From contig JAPYPT010000002.1 in assembly GCA_029937535.1 (NCBI GenBank), positions 145 to 64,144 on the forward strand: a DNA stretch of 64,000 nucleotides. The letters are read 5' to 3'. Each line of letters opens with the position of its first letter. Within the stretch, counting starts at the first letter, position 1. The notes beneath the pieces were generated by a model, which was given only the letters and a program-made list of their open reading frames with translations, did not search any database and had not been told where the DNA came from. Source of the stretch: Alphaproteobacteria bacterium. Lineage in GTDB: Bacteria; Pseudomonadota; Alphaproteobacteria; GCA-2731375. This document shows positions 18,360-27,143 of this stretch, one piece after another. Made by a program: the position numbers and the translations under genes.

Positions 18360-21300
18360 CTACGCTTGGCTGCCGCTCTCCGCCAAGGCCGCGTCTATTT
18401 CGGGGAGCGACCATTTAAGACCTATATTTTCTGCAATGGATTTCAAGTTCTGCAATTCGGCAATGATTTCACTATCGCGGCTGCCCTGGCCAAATGCCGT
18501 TAACGCACGGCCACGGAAAATAAAGAAATCAGACCATGCGGTGGGCTCATCGCCGACAAAACTTTCAAATGCCGCCGCGTGTTTCAGTACGCCCTCCCAA
18601 TCTTTCTCGCGCAGGCAAACTTCCATCGCATCAACACGAAAGTAAAAGTGATTATGGGCATGAGCACCGTCTTCAAGAATCCGCTCACCCTCCCGCAATG
18701 CCCAGTCCCGCTCCTCCGGCGAGTCCGCAGCCATGGCCAACCGGCCCACCACCCATGCCCCCGTGAAGCCGGGCTTTGTCGCCATTGAAATCTGATAGGT
18801 GTCTCTATACGTCGCAAGCGCAGTCGCCTGATCATCGTCGTGATAATGCTGATAGCGCGCGCGGGTCAGCATTCCGTTGAATTCGAAACGCTTCGCGCCG
18901 ATGCGATGGACAATCTCGAGAGAGCGTTCGCCATGGAAACGCATTGCTTCAAAATCCTGCCGCAGAAAGTAAACTTCACTTAGACAATTATGGGCGACCA
19001 TTTCGGCATAGGCATCGCCCGTGCGGGCGGCATTCGTCACGGCGGATAGCCCGGTTTCTTCCGCCCTGTCCAATTCCAGCAGGAACAACTCGCAAAAGGC
19101 CTGCATCGGTTTGTAAAGGGCGCTGATCCGCGCCAGGCCGTGCCGTTCGGCAATTTCGACACACCGCGAGAAATAGTGTTCACCCGTCTTCATGCGGCCG
19201 TCGCCATAACCGGCGTCGCCCAACCCGCCCAGCGCCCGCGCCTCGGCATAGGGCGAGGCTATGAGCTGAGCATAGTCGAGTGATTTTTCGTGCTCCCGGC
19301 GCATCTTGTCGATGCGTTTGAGCGGCAAATACAGGTTGCCGCGCAAATGATGCAAGTCCGCGAGCAGATCGTGAAACGCATTTCGTTCAGCCATTTCCAG
19401 ACAACCGTCAAGACATGCCATGGCGCGGTCGTGTTGATTTTCTATATGTAGCCCGGCGGCAAGGCCGAGACTGGCACGGCAGAATTGTTCGTCGCTTTCG
19501 GCCGATGCAAGCGCCTGTTCGAAGGCTGACACCGAAGCCGCCATACGCCCGAGGTCTTTTAACAATTCGCCCTGAAGGCGGGTCAGCTCGAACCGCGTCG
19601 CCACTTCGCCATCAAGTTTCAAGGCGCGCTCGACCAGCCGCAGGGCGGGGTCGTAACGGAACCCATCGGCCTGTTGTTTCGCCGCATTCAAATAGGCCTC
19701 GCCGGCGCATTCATCCTCGGCCTGTTCCAAATGCTCGGCCATCAGAACACCGTCCCGGTCGCGGTAATAGGTGGCGGCGCGGCCGTGCAGTTCCTTCCTT
19801 CTGGGTTTCAGCAGCGAGGCATGGACCCCGTCCCTGATCAAGGCATGGGCAAAATGAAAATCCTCGCCCGCCGGGCGGATCAGGGCCTGGCTCAGGAGCC
19901 CATCCGGGCTGTAGCCGCTGTCGTCCATGACATGACCCAGCGCCGATAAGGAAAACCGCTGCCCCAGAATTGACGCCGCCTGAAGGGCGCCGCGGTCCCG
20001 TTGCGGCAGGGCGTCCAACCGCGCCTGGACAATGCCCTGGACCGACCCCGGCAACTCGCCGCCGCCGATTTGGTCGGCATTGCGCAACAATTGTTCCAGA
20101 AACAGCGGGTTGCCCCCTGCCCGCGCAATAATATCCTGGATCAGATCGTTGCTCAGATCATCGAAGGTATGGGCCAGGTCTTCCGCTTCCGACAACGCCA
20201 TGGGGCCAAGATCCAGGGTCTCGACCTCTGTGTCGGGGATATTGCGGCGCCACGCTTCGGTCAATTGGTCTCCCGCCAGCCGGGTTGTAAGCAACAGCAG
20301 CAGGCGGCATTTGGCGGTGGTTCGGGCCAGGTGCGCGACATGCTCGAGAACATTTGCGTCGGCCCAGTGCAGATCCTCGATCTTCACCACGATGGGCCGG
20401 TGCCGGCTCAAGGCCTCGGCTAACTCCGCGACCGTTGCCTGCCTGCCCTGAACGCGGGCTGCGTTGTTCATCCCGTCGTAAAGGTCGCGCAGCGCCTCGG
20501 GCGGCTCCAGATCGAGCAGGTCATAAAGGAAGACGCGGCGATCCCTTGCCAGCAAACCGTCGGTCAGGACCCGTTCGGCCGCCTTCCGCCGTGATGTCTT
20601 GCCGCTATTGGCCGCAATGGCCAGCAGACTGCGCACCAGCGCCCCCACGGCGTCCTGGCCCTTGCCGGTGCCAAAATCAAGAACCAGACCCGTATGAGCG
20701 CTAAACCCCTGTTTGGCGGCCAGACGCTCGAACTCTTCCAGCAACCGGGATTTGCCGATGCCCGCCTCGCCACGAAAGATGAAGGTCTTCCCCGTGCCAG
20801 CCTCGAGACAGCCGCTCACTGCCGCCTGGCACAATTGCAGCTCCCGCCCGCGCCCGACGAAAGGTTGTTGCTGGGTTCGGTCCTGGGCGATGCCCTCCAA
20901 CCGATAGACGGTCACCGGCTCCGGCAGGCCGGCGATCACCTGGGCGCCCAAATCAGCACCCAAGAAACGCCCGCCCAAGGCCCGCTGTACCGAGGCCGAG
21001 GCCAAGGTTTCGTCGGGTCTGGCCAGATCCGTCAAACGGGCGGCCAGGTTCACGCTGTCGCCGGTCACGGTATACTCGGTATGCTCCGCGCTGCCGGTGG
21101 AAGAGGCCACGACCTGGCCGGAGGCGACGCCGATATGGACCTTCAGCGGCGGCGACAGCGCGGCCACGGCGGCATGGATATCGCGGGCGGCGCGCAGGGC
21201 GCGTTCGGGATCATCGGTATGGGCGACGGGCGCCCCAAACACCGCCATCACCGCATCGCCGATATGCTTGTCGACCATGCCGCCATAGCGGTGCACCACG

Positions 21301-21671
21301 CCATCGGCGACGGCGAAGAAACCGTTCAGCATGGCATGGGTTTCTTCGGCATCCATGCCGCTCGATAGCCGCGTGAAGCCGGAAATATCCGCGAACAGCG
21401 CCGTCACCTGACGCCGTTCGCCCAAGTTGTCCAAGTTGTTCAGGGGCGAGGCGTCTTCGCTAACGCCGCCCGCCGCCCTTGCAGCATCGGATACGAGATC
21501 GCCAATCGCGGCGCTGAACTTGCGGCGCGGCCCCATGGGCAGACCAAGCTCCTTCAGATCATCGTCGGAAAGATGCCGGGCGGCAGCCAAATCAATCTCA
21601 TTCTCGGCAAACACATCCCCGTATTTGCCAAGTCCAAGTCCTTCCAGCCATTGCCGAATTTCATCCGCCAA
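18360..21671 (-). CDS. SAM-like / class III nucleotidyl cyclase / STAND-AAA ATPase / TPR multidomain protein, paralog 2 (1103 aa)
   Basis: MADEIRQWLEGLGLGKYGDVFAENEI...DDLKELG; cyclase core near-identical to the 11203-14490 protein; P-loop IFRGEAGIGKSRL; divergent TPR C-terminus. Confidence 0.85.
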   Translation of the reverse strand: MADEIRQWLEGLGLGKYGDVFAENEIDLAAARHLSDDDLKELGLPMGPRRKFSAAIGDLVSDAARAAGGVSEDASPLNNLDNLGERRQVTALFADISGFTRLSSGMDAEETHAMLNGFFAVADGVVHRYGGMVDKHIGDAVMAVFGAPVAHTDDPERALRAARDIHAAVAALSPPLKVHIGVASGQVVASSTGSAEHTEYTVTGDSVNLAARLTDLARPDETLASASVQRALGGRFLGADLGAQVIAGLPEPVTVYRLEGIAQDRTQQQPFVGRGRELQLCQAAVSGCLEAGTGKTFIFRGEAGIGKSRLLEEFERLAAKQGFSAHTGLVLDFGTGKGQDAVGALVRSLLAIAANSGKTSRRKAAERVLTDGLLARDRRVFLYDLLDLEPPEALRDLYDGMNNAARVQGRQATVAELAEALSRHRPIVVKIEDLHWADANVLEHVAHLARTTAKCRLLLLLTTRLAGDQLTEAWRRNIPDTEVETLDLGPMALSEAEDLAHTFDDLSNDLIQDIIARAGGNPLFLEQLLRNADQIGGGELPGSVQGIVQARLDALPQRDRGALQAASILGQRFSLSALGHVMDDSGYSPDGLLSQALIRPAGEDFHFAHALIRDGVHASLLKPRRKELHGRAATYYRDRDGVLMAEHLEQAEDECAGEAYLNAAKQQADGFRYDPALRLVERALKLDGEVATRFELTRLQGELLKDLGRMAASVSAFEQALASAESDEQFCRASLGLAAGLHIENQHDRAMACLDGCLEMAERNAFHDLLADLHHLRGNLYLPLKRIDKMRREHEKSLDYAQLIASPYAEARALGGLGDAGYGDGRMKTGEHYFSRCVEIAERHGLARISALYKPMQAFCELFLLELDRAEETGLSAVTNAARTGDAYAEMVAHNCLSEVYFLRQDFEAMRFHGERSLEIVHRIGAKRFEFNGMLTRARYQHYHDDDQATALATYRDTYQISMATKPGFTGAWVVGRLAMAADSPEERDWALREGERILEDGAHAHNHFYFRVDAMEVCLREKDWEGVLKHAAAFESFVGDEPTAWSDFFIFRGRALTAFGQGSRDSEIIAELQNLKSIAENIGLKWSLPEIDAALAESGSQA

Positions 21672-21864
21672 TCAATTTCTCCCTCTGCCGAATCTTAACA
21701 CAACCGCCGCGTTCTGTCCTCGGGCGGCAATGGGAAACAGATCGCGCCGTGACAAGATGCCGCCCCACACATTGCAATTCGGACTGTAAGATCGGAAACT
21801 TGGTGTACTGGCGCACAAGACTTGATCTTAGGAAGCCGGATAAAAAAATGCGGAGGAGATAGCC

Positions 21865-23442
21865 ATGTCTACTACGTCCCTGGCCCGGATGGACGAGCTG
21901 ATACTCGACGGCAAGTTCCACGAAGCAACGGAAGATTTTTGCCAACTGGCGCGCGCGGGCCATGCCATCCCGGACCTGGCGCTGCATGCCATGAATACCG
22001 CCGCGCCCTATCTCCACGTTCCCGCGCACGAGAAGCTGTTGGAGACCGGCGAATTCCGCAACGTCAATTATGATCACACCATGCTTGGCTTTCGCGCCGG
22101 CATGCGCCTTTCGCCCTGGCTGTCGGATGTGGAGAAGAACATCGGCGTGGTTCAGGGCAAGTACTATCTGCCGCAAGGGCTCGATGTCTGGGCGCAGCTT
22201 GAATGCGGTTTTCCCGGACATTACGCCCGGGAACAGGAACAATGCGTGGAAGAAGATATCGGCCACGAATTGCATTGCCATTTCGAGGATCAGGAACCCC
22301 TCGTCGAAGGCTCCCACGATGACCGCTTCACGGCCCTGTTCCATGCCCTGACCCAGGGCGACAAGGTGACCAGCTACCGGATATTCCTTGGCCTCGCCGC
22401 GGAGCCGGAACAGCGCCACCGCCTGCAGGATGCGTTGTTGTTCGCCTCGATCATCGACCAACAGGAGTTCAATTCATTCCGCCGCGTGCGCCATATCGGA
22501 CATAAACCCATCCGCGCCCGCGCCATGTTCGATCTGGCCGACTGGGTAGGTTGGGACCGGGCGCGGCCGTTCTTTTATCTTGGTGTCCCGGATGTCTGCA
22601 ACGCGCCGATCTTTCATTCGCTGTACGATCACGCCTGCTTTCTGCTCAACCTGCACTTCAAGGGCGCGCAGTTTGAATTGATGGAGACCAACACCGCGCC
22701 GCTTTCAGTGGCGGAGCAGGACCAGTTCAGCGATCTGATCATCGCCGGCGATCCCATGGCCGTCGCCGACGCCATTACCGCCTTCCTGAAAGCGGGCACG
22801 GCGCCGCAAAGCATTGCCGATGCGGTCAATATCGCCCATGCGCGGCACTCGGTGAGCCGTCTGCGCTCGCCCATCGCCTATACCATACCCATGCACAGCT
22901 TCGACTATGCCAACGTGGTGAACTATTGGCTGCGCAATTTCAGGAACAAGCATCAGGTCAAGGCGATCTATCTCTCCGCCTGGTTCGTCACCGATACCAT
23001 TCGCGAGATCGACGCCTATCCCGACCTGCCGGGCGTCGTCCCGCCCGATCCCGATGGGCGCCGGGGCTGGGCCGAAGCGTTCGCGACGGAAAACCTGCTG
23101 GGCGAATTGGAGGCGGCCATTGCCGATCAGGACCCCTCACGCGCCGTGGCGCTGGTACGCGCCTGGACCGGACGCCACGATCCAACCCAAAAGGGCGCCC
23201 GCGATGAATTGATCCGCATGCTGGCTCATTGCGCGGGCAAGTATCAGGGAGATGCCCATATATTCCGCAATGCCACCTCGGTGATCGAGGAATATCAGCT
23301 CAACACCGCCCACGCCGCGCGGAAGGATATTCTGTTCGAGTTCTGGGCCCATTTCCTGTCGTTCTACAAAAAACGCACCCTGGCGACGGACTGTTACGAC
23401 ATGTATCACCGCTATTTCGGCGCCGGCGCTAACGGCGGTTAG
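21865..23442 (+). CDS. hypothetical protein, 525 aa, His/Asp/Glu-rich, family not recognised
   Basis: Clean ORF with GC3-rich codon usage. Divergent from the second cyclase gene across a 193-nt intergenic region. Confidence 0.6.
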   Translation: MSTTSLARMDELILDGKFHEATEDFCQLARAGHAIPDLALHAMNTAAPYLHVPAHEKLLETGEFRNVNYDHTMLGFRAGMRLSPWLSDVEKNIGVVQGKYYLPQGLDVWAQLECGFPGHYAREQEQCVEEDIGHELHCHFEDQEPLVEGSHDDRFTALFHALTQGDKVTSYRIFLGLAAEPEQRHRLQDALLFASIIDQQEFNSFRRVRHIGHKPIRARAMFDLADWVGWDRARPFFYLGVPDVCNAPIFHSLYDHACFLLNLHFKGAQFELMETNTAPLSVAEQDQFSDLIIAGDPMAVADAITAFLKAGTAPQSIADAVNIAHARHSVSRLRSPIAYTIPMHSFDYANVVNYWLRNFRNKHQVKAIYLSAWFVTDTIREIDAYPDLPGVVPPDPDGRRGWAEAFATENLLGELEAAIADQDPSRAVALVRAWTGRHDPTQKGARDELIRMLAHCAGKYQGDAHIFRNATSVIEEYQLNTAHAARKDILFEFWAHFLSFYKKRTLATDCYDMYHRYFGAGANGG

Positions 23443-23473
23443 ATTAATTTCGATCTGCAAAGAGCCGTACCGC

Positions 23474-23573
23474 ACTGGATTGCCGGGTCAAGCCCGGCAA
23501 TGACGAAGGGAGCGTGTTTTCGGCTAAAAACAGCCAAATATGTCATGCCCGGACTTGATCCGGGTATCCATTG
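23474..23573. repeat. intergenic hairpin repeat element, copy C
   Basis: ggattgccgggtcaagcccggcaatgacg...tgtcatgcccggacttgatccgggtatccattgg. Same two hairpin modules as copies A and B. Confidence 0.6.
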
Positions 23574-23608
23574 GCGCGGTCGGCGGGTCATTCTATTTTG
23601 GAACAAAT

Positions 23609-25945
23609 CTAGGTATCCGGCCCTCGGACGTCCCGGATGGCCCGCCAGATCCGCTCCGGCGTGGCCGGCATTTCGAGTTCGCTGATGCCCAGCGGCGCCA
23701 GGGCGTCCAGAATGGCGCTGGTCAGGCAGGCCACGGCGCCGACCGTGCCGGCCTCGCCCGCGCCCTTGATGCCAAGGGGGTTGCGGGGGCTGGGCACGGA
23801 ATTTGTTTCGATTTCGAAGAACGGTACATCGTCCGCCCGGGGCATGGTGTAGTCCATGAAGGAGCCGGATAGCACCTGGCCGTTTTCGTCCCAAAGAATC
23901 TGTTCGCCCAGAATTTGTCCCGCCCCCTGGACGATGCCGCCATGCAACTGGCCCTTCAGCAGCATGGGGTTCATGACGGTGCCCACATCATCGACGGCAA
24001 GGTAGCGCAGAATTCTGACGACCCCGGTTTCGGGGTCAATTTCCACTTCCGAGATATGGCAGGCGTTTGGAAACGTCGGCGCCGGCCCCTTGAAGGTGGC
24101 GAAACCCTGCAGACCGCTGTCCATCCCCGGCGGCAGCATCGCCGGCTCGAAGGCCATGGCCGCGACCTCGCGGAGGCTCAGGGACCTGTCCGTGCCGGCC
24201 ACGGTGAAGTGTCCCTCGGTAAACTCGATATCGACCTCCGGCGCCTCCAGGGCGTGGGCGGCTATTCGGCGGCCCTTGTCGATAATTTTCTCGGCCGCGC
24301 CCAGCAGGGCCCCGCCGCCAAGGCCGGCAACGCGGGAGCCGCCGGTGCCGTGACCGTAGCCGATCAGGTCCGTGTCGCCCTGAACGTAGCGCATTTCATC
24401 GAAATCCAGGCCGAGCTTTTCCGACAGCAGTTGCCGGAATACCGTTTCGTGGCCCTGGCCGTGGGAATGGGTGCCCATGAGGATGGTGGCGTGGCCTTGC
24501 CGGTCGAAACGAATTTCGCCGGCCTCGTCGAACATCCCCGCCGCCTGCTCAACCGCGTTCGCCAGGCCGAAGCCCCGCAACTTGCCATCCGAACGGGACG
24601 CCGCCCGGCGCCCTTCGAAACCGTCCGCATCGGCCATGGCCAGGGCCTGGTCCATGTTGGCCTCAAACTCGCCGCAGTCGTAGTTGTAGGTCAGCCCGGT
24701 CTGGAAGGGCATCGCATCGATTGGGATAATGTTGCGCCGGCGCAATTCCACCCGGTCGATACCAAGCTGCCGCGCCGCCAAATCAATGGTCTGTTCAATG
24801 GCCGAGGTGGCTTCCGGACGGCCGGCGCCCCGATAAGGCCCAGTCGGGCTGGTATTGGTGAAGACGCCCAGAACTTCCCCATGGATGGCGGGGGTCAAAT
24901 AGACACCGGCCACGCCGCCCAGATTGCCGAACGCCGGCAGCGGTCCGAAATTGGCCAGATAAGCGCCCATATTGGCCTGGCAGCGAACCCGAAGGCCGAG
25001 AAAGCGGCCGCTGTCATCAAGCGCCAGCTCAACCGCCATGATCATATCCCGGGCCTGTTCGTCCAAAATGCCGTCCGAACGCTCGTTGGTCCACTTGACC
25101 GGCCGGGTCAATTTCTTTGCCGCCCAGAGCACCAGGGGCAGTTCGGGGAAGATATTGGCCCGCAGGCCAAAGGAGCCGCCCATGTCGGGACTGACGATCC
25201 GCAGCCGGCTTTCCGGGATCCCCAATACGGCTTCGGACATCCAGTTGCGTATGTCGTGGGGGAATTGATTGCCGGAATAGAGGGTGTAGCGGTCCTCGAA
25301 CGGGTCATGAGCGCCAAGGGCGGCGCGCGGTTCCATGGGGTTGATCGCGACCCGCGGCATGGGAAGTTCAAGGCGGGTCACATGTTTGGCGGCCTGGAAA
25401 GCCTCCTCGACCGCCCTCTTGTCACCCAATTCCATGCGAAAGCAGATGTTGTCGGGACAGTCCTCCCAAACCGCCGGCGCGTCCTCGCCCACCGCCTTGG
25501 CGGTCAGGACGTTGAGGGGCAGGGGTTCGTAGTCGACCATGATACGTTCGGCCGCATCCCGGGCCAGGGCATGGCTTTCGGCCACGACAAAGGCCACGTA
25601 ATCGCCGACAAAGGCAACTTTGTCACGGACCAGGGCGGGGCGTGGCGGCACGAATATGGGGCTGCCATCGGGCCGTTTCAGCGGCGCGATCTTGGCCGCC
25701 AGGCACGGCATGTCGCCAAGCCCGTCAGCGGCGACATCGGCGCCTGTATAGACCGCTAGGACCCCCGGCGCCGCGCGCGCCGCCGCCACGTCGATGGAAC
25801 GGATCCGGGCATGGGCATGGGGCGAGCGCAGCATGTAGGCGTAGGCCTGACCCGACAGATTTATATCATCGGTGTAGCGCCCACCGCCCTTGAGAAAGCG
25901 TTGATCCTCAACCCGTGGCGCGGACTGTCCAAGACTGAATTTCAT
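23609..25945 (-). CDS. molybdopterin-binding large subunit of the xanthine dehydrogenase / aldehyde oxidase / CoxL family
   Basis: 778 aa. N-terminal MKFSLGQSAPRVEDQRFLKGGGRYTDD and GSRVAGLGGGA-type Mo-cofactor motifs. No FeS or FAD subunit gene adjacent. Confidence 0.85.
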   Translation of the reverse strand: MKFSLGQSAPRVEDQRFLKGGGRYTDDINLSGQAYAYMLRSPHAHARIRSIDVAAARAAPGVLAVYTGADVAADGLGDMPCLAAKIAPLKRPDGSPIFVPPRPALVRDKVAFVGDYVAFVVAESHALARDAAERIMVDYEPLPLNVLTAKAVGEDAPAVWEDCPDNICFRMELGDKRAVEEAFQAAKHVTRLELPMPRVAINPMEPRAALGAHDPFEDRYTLYSGNQFPHDIRNWMSEAVLGIPESRLRIVSPDMGGSFGLRANIFPELPLVLWAAKKLTRPVKWTNERSDGILDEQARDMIMAVELALDDSGRFLGLRVRCQANMGAYLANFGPLPAFGNLGGVAGVYLTPAIHGEVLGVFTNTSPTGPYRGAGRPEATSAIEQTIDLAARQLGIDRVELRRRNIIPIDAMPFQTGLTYNYDCGEFEANMDQALAMADADGFEGRRAASRSDGKLRGFGLANAVEQAAGMFDEAGEIRFDRQGHATILMGTHSHGQGHETVFRQLLSEKLGLDFDEMRYVQGDTDLIGYGHGTGGSRVAGLGGGALLGAAEKIIDKGRRIAAHALEAPEVDIEFTEGHFTVAGTDRSLSLREVAAMAFEPAMLPPGMDSGLQGFATFKGPAPTFPNACHISEVEIDPETGVVRILRYLAVDDVGTVMNPMLLKGQLHGGIVQGAGQILGEQILWDENGQVLSGSFMDYTMPRADDVPFFEIETNSVPSPRNPLGIKGAGEAGTVGAVACLTSAILDALAPLGISELEMPATPERIWRAIRDVRGPDT

Positions 25946-25967
25946 ACCGTCATACTCTCCAAAGCGT

Positions 25968-26987
25968 TCACCCTAATTCCTGCCGCAACAGTGCCGCGCC
26001 CTGGCCCAGCACCGCAATTTTGGCTTCGGCGACGGCGCGGGGCAAGGGCGCCAGGCCGCAATTGGTGCAGGCCACGATCCGTTCCGGGTCGACGAATTCC
26101 ATCGCCGCGCGCAGGGTATCGGCGACTTGTTCCGGGCTTTCAATTTCATTGGTGGCCACATCGATGGCGCCGACCAAAATCTCCTTGTCCTTCAACAGAC
26201 CGAGGACGGACAGGGGCACTTTCGAATTGGCGCATTCCAATGACACCTGATCGATGCGGCTGTCGTTGAGGGCCGGAAAAAAGTCCTCGTACTGGCGCCA
26301 TTCCTCGCCCAGGGTGGCTTTCCAATCGATGTTCTGCTTGATCCCGTAGCCATAACAAATATGCACCGCCGTCTTGCATTTTAGCCCTTCCGTCGCCCGG
26401 TGCAGGGCATCGACACCCCATTCCACCACATCGTCCATGAAGGCATTGAAGGCCGGTTCGTCAAACTGGATGACATCGACGCCAAGGGCTTCGAGTTCGC
26501 GGGCTTCCTGGTTCAACAACTCGGCAAAGGCCATGGCCATGTCCGGCCGGCTGCCGTAGTGGCCGTCGGCGATGGTATCGCAAATGGTCATGGGGCCGGG
26601 CAGGGTGAACTTGAGTTTATGACTGGTGTTGTCGCGGCAGAACTTGGCGCCCGGGCCATGCACCGAGGCGGGCCGGCGCAGCGGGGCGATCACGGTTGGC
26701 ACCTCGGCATCATAACGGTCGTTGCGGATGCCCATGGTGGTCATGCGCTGCCAATCAATACCTTCGATGGTTTCCAGAAAACCGTGGACGAAATGCTTTC
26801 GAAACTGCTCGCCGTCGCTGACGATATCTATGCCCGCATCTTCCTGGCACTTGATCCAGGCTAGTGCCGCGTCCTGCTGGCCCTCGACCAGCGCGTCGCC
26901 CTCCAGGCGCCAGGACGGCCAGAGCTTTTCAGGCTCCGCCAACCAGGACGGTTTCGGCAAGCTGCCCGCAACTGTGGTTTCAAGCAT
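25968..26987 (-). CDS. cobalamin-independent methionine synthase (MetE C-terminal-like / UROD-like fold) family protein
   Basis: MLETTVAGSLPKPSWL N-terminus and Zn-ligand region (HICYG..., CTNCGLAPL). GGGGGAGAAC RBS before ATG at 26987. Confidence 0.75.
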   Translation of the reverse strand: MLETTVAGSLPKPSWLAEPEKLWPSWRLEGDALVEGQQDAALAWIKCQEDAGIDIVSDGEQFRKHFVHGFLETIEGIDWQRMTTMGIRNDRYDAEVPTVIAPLRRPASVHGPGAKFCRDNTSHKLKFTLPGPMTICDTIADGHYGSRPDMAMAFAELLNQEARELEALGVDVIQFDEPAFNAFMDDVVEWGVDALHRATEGLKCKTAVHICYGYGIKQNIDWKATLGEEWRQYEDFFPALNDSRIDQVSLECANSKVPLSVLGLLKDKEILVGAIDVATNEIESPEQVADTLRAAMEFVDPERIVACTNCGLAPLPRAVAEAKIAVLGQGAALLRQELG

Positions 26988-27143
26988 GTTCTCCCCCTCG
27001 AAATCCATTCACCAGTTGAGAAGATTAACGGCGATCGGCAGATAAATCCATGCATGCCGTTGCCCGGTTGCTAGTGGGAGACGTATCATGGGCAACAGGA
27101 AAATTGTGGCCCCCAAGATCGGGCTGGTTTACGGGAGTAGGTT

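Noticed and set aside
20694-21368. 224-aa plus-strand ORF inside the second cyclase-STAND gene
   Set aside because: Antisense shadow ORF of the cyclase domain region.
23443-23608. Short ORFs (61-110 aa) overlapping the repeat element at 23.5 kb (for example 23500..23685, 23540..23872)
   Set aside because: They translate the hairpin repeat (VMPGLDPGIH-type pseudo-peptides) and overlap the 3-prime end of the Mo-hydroxylase gene; more parsimoniously non-coding repeat DNA.
23915-25759. 614-aa plus-strand ORF opposite the Mo-hydroxylase large subunit
   Set aside because: Antisense artefact; the minus-strand protein carries the recognisable CoxL/Xdh motifs.
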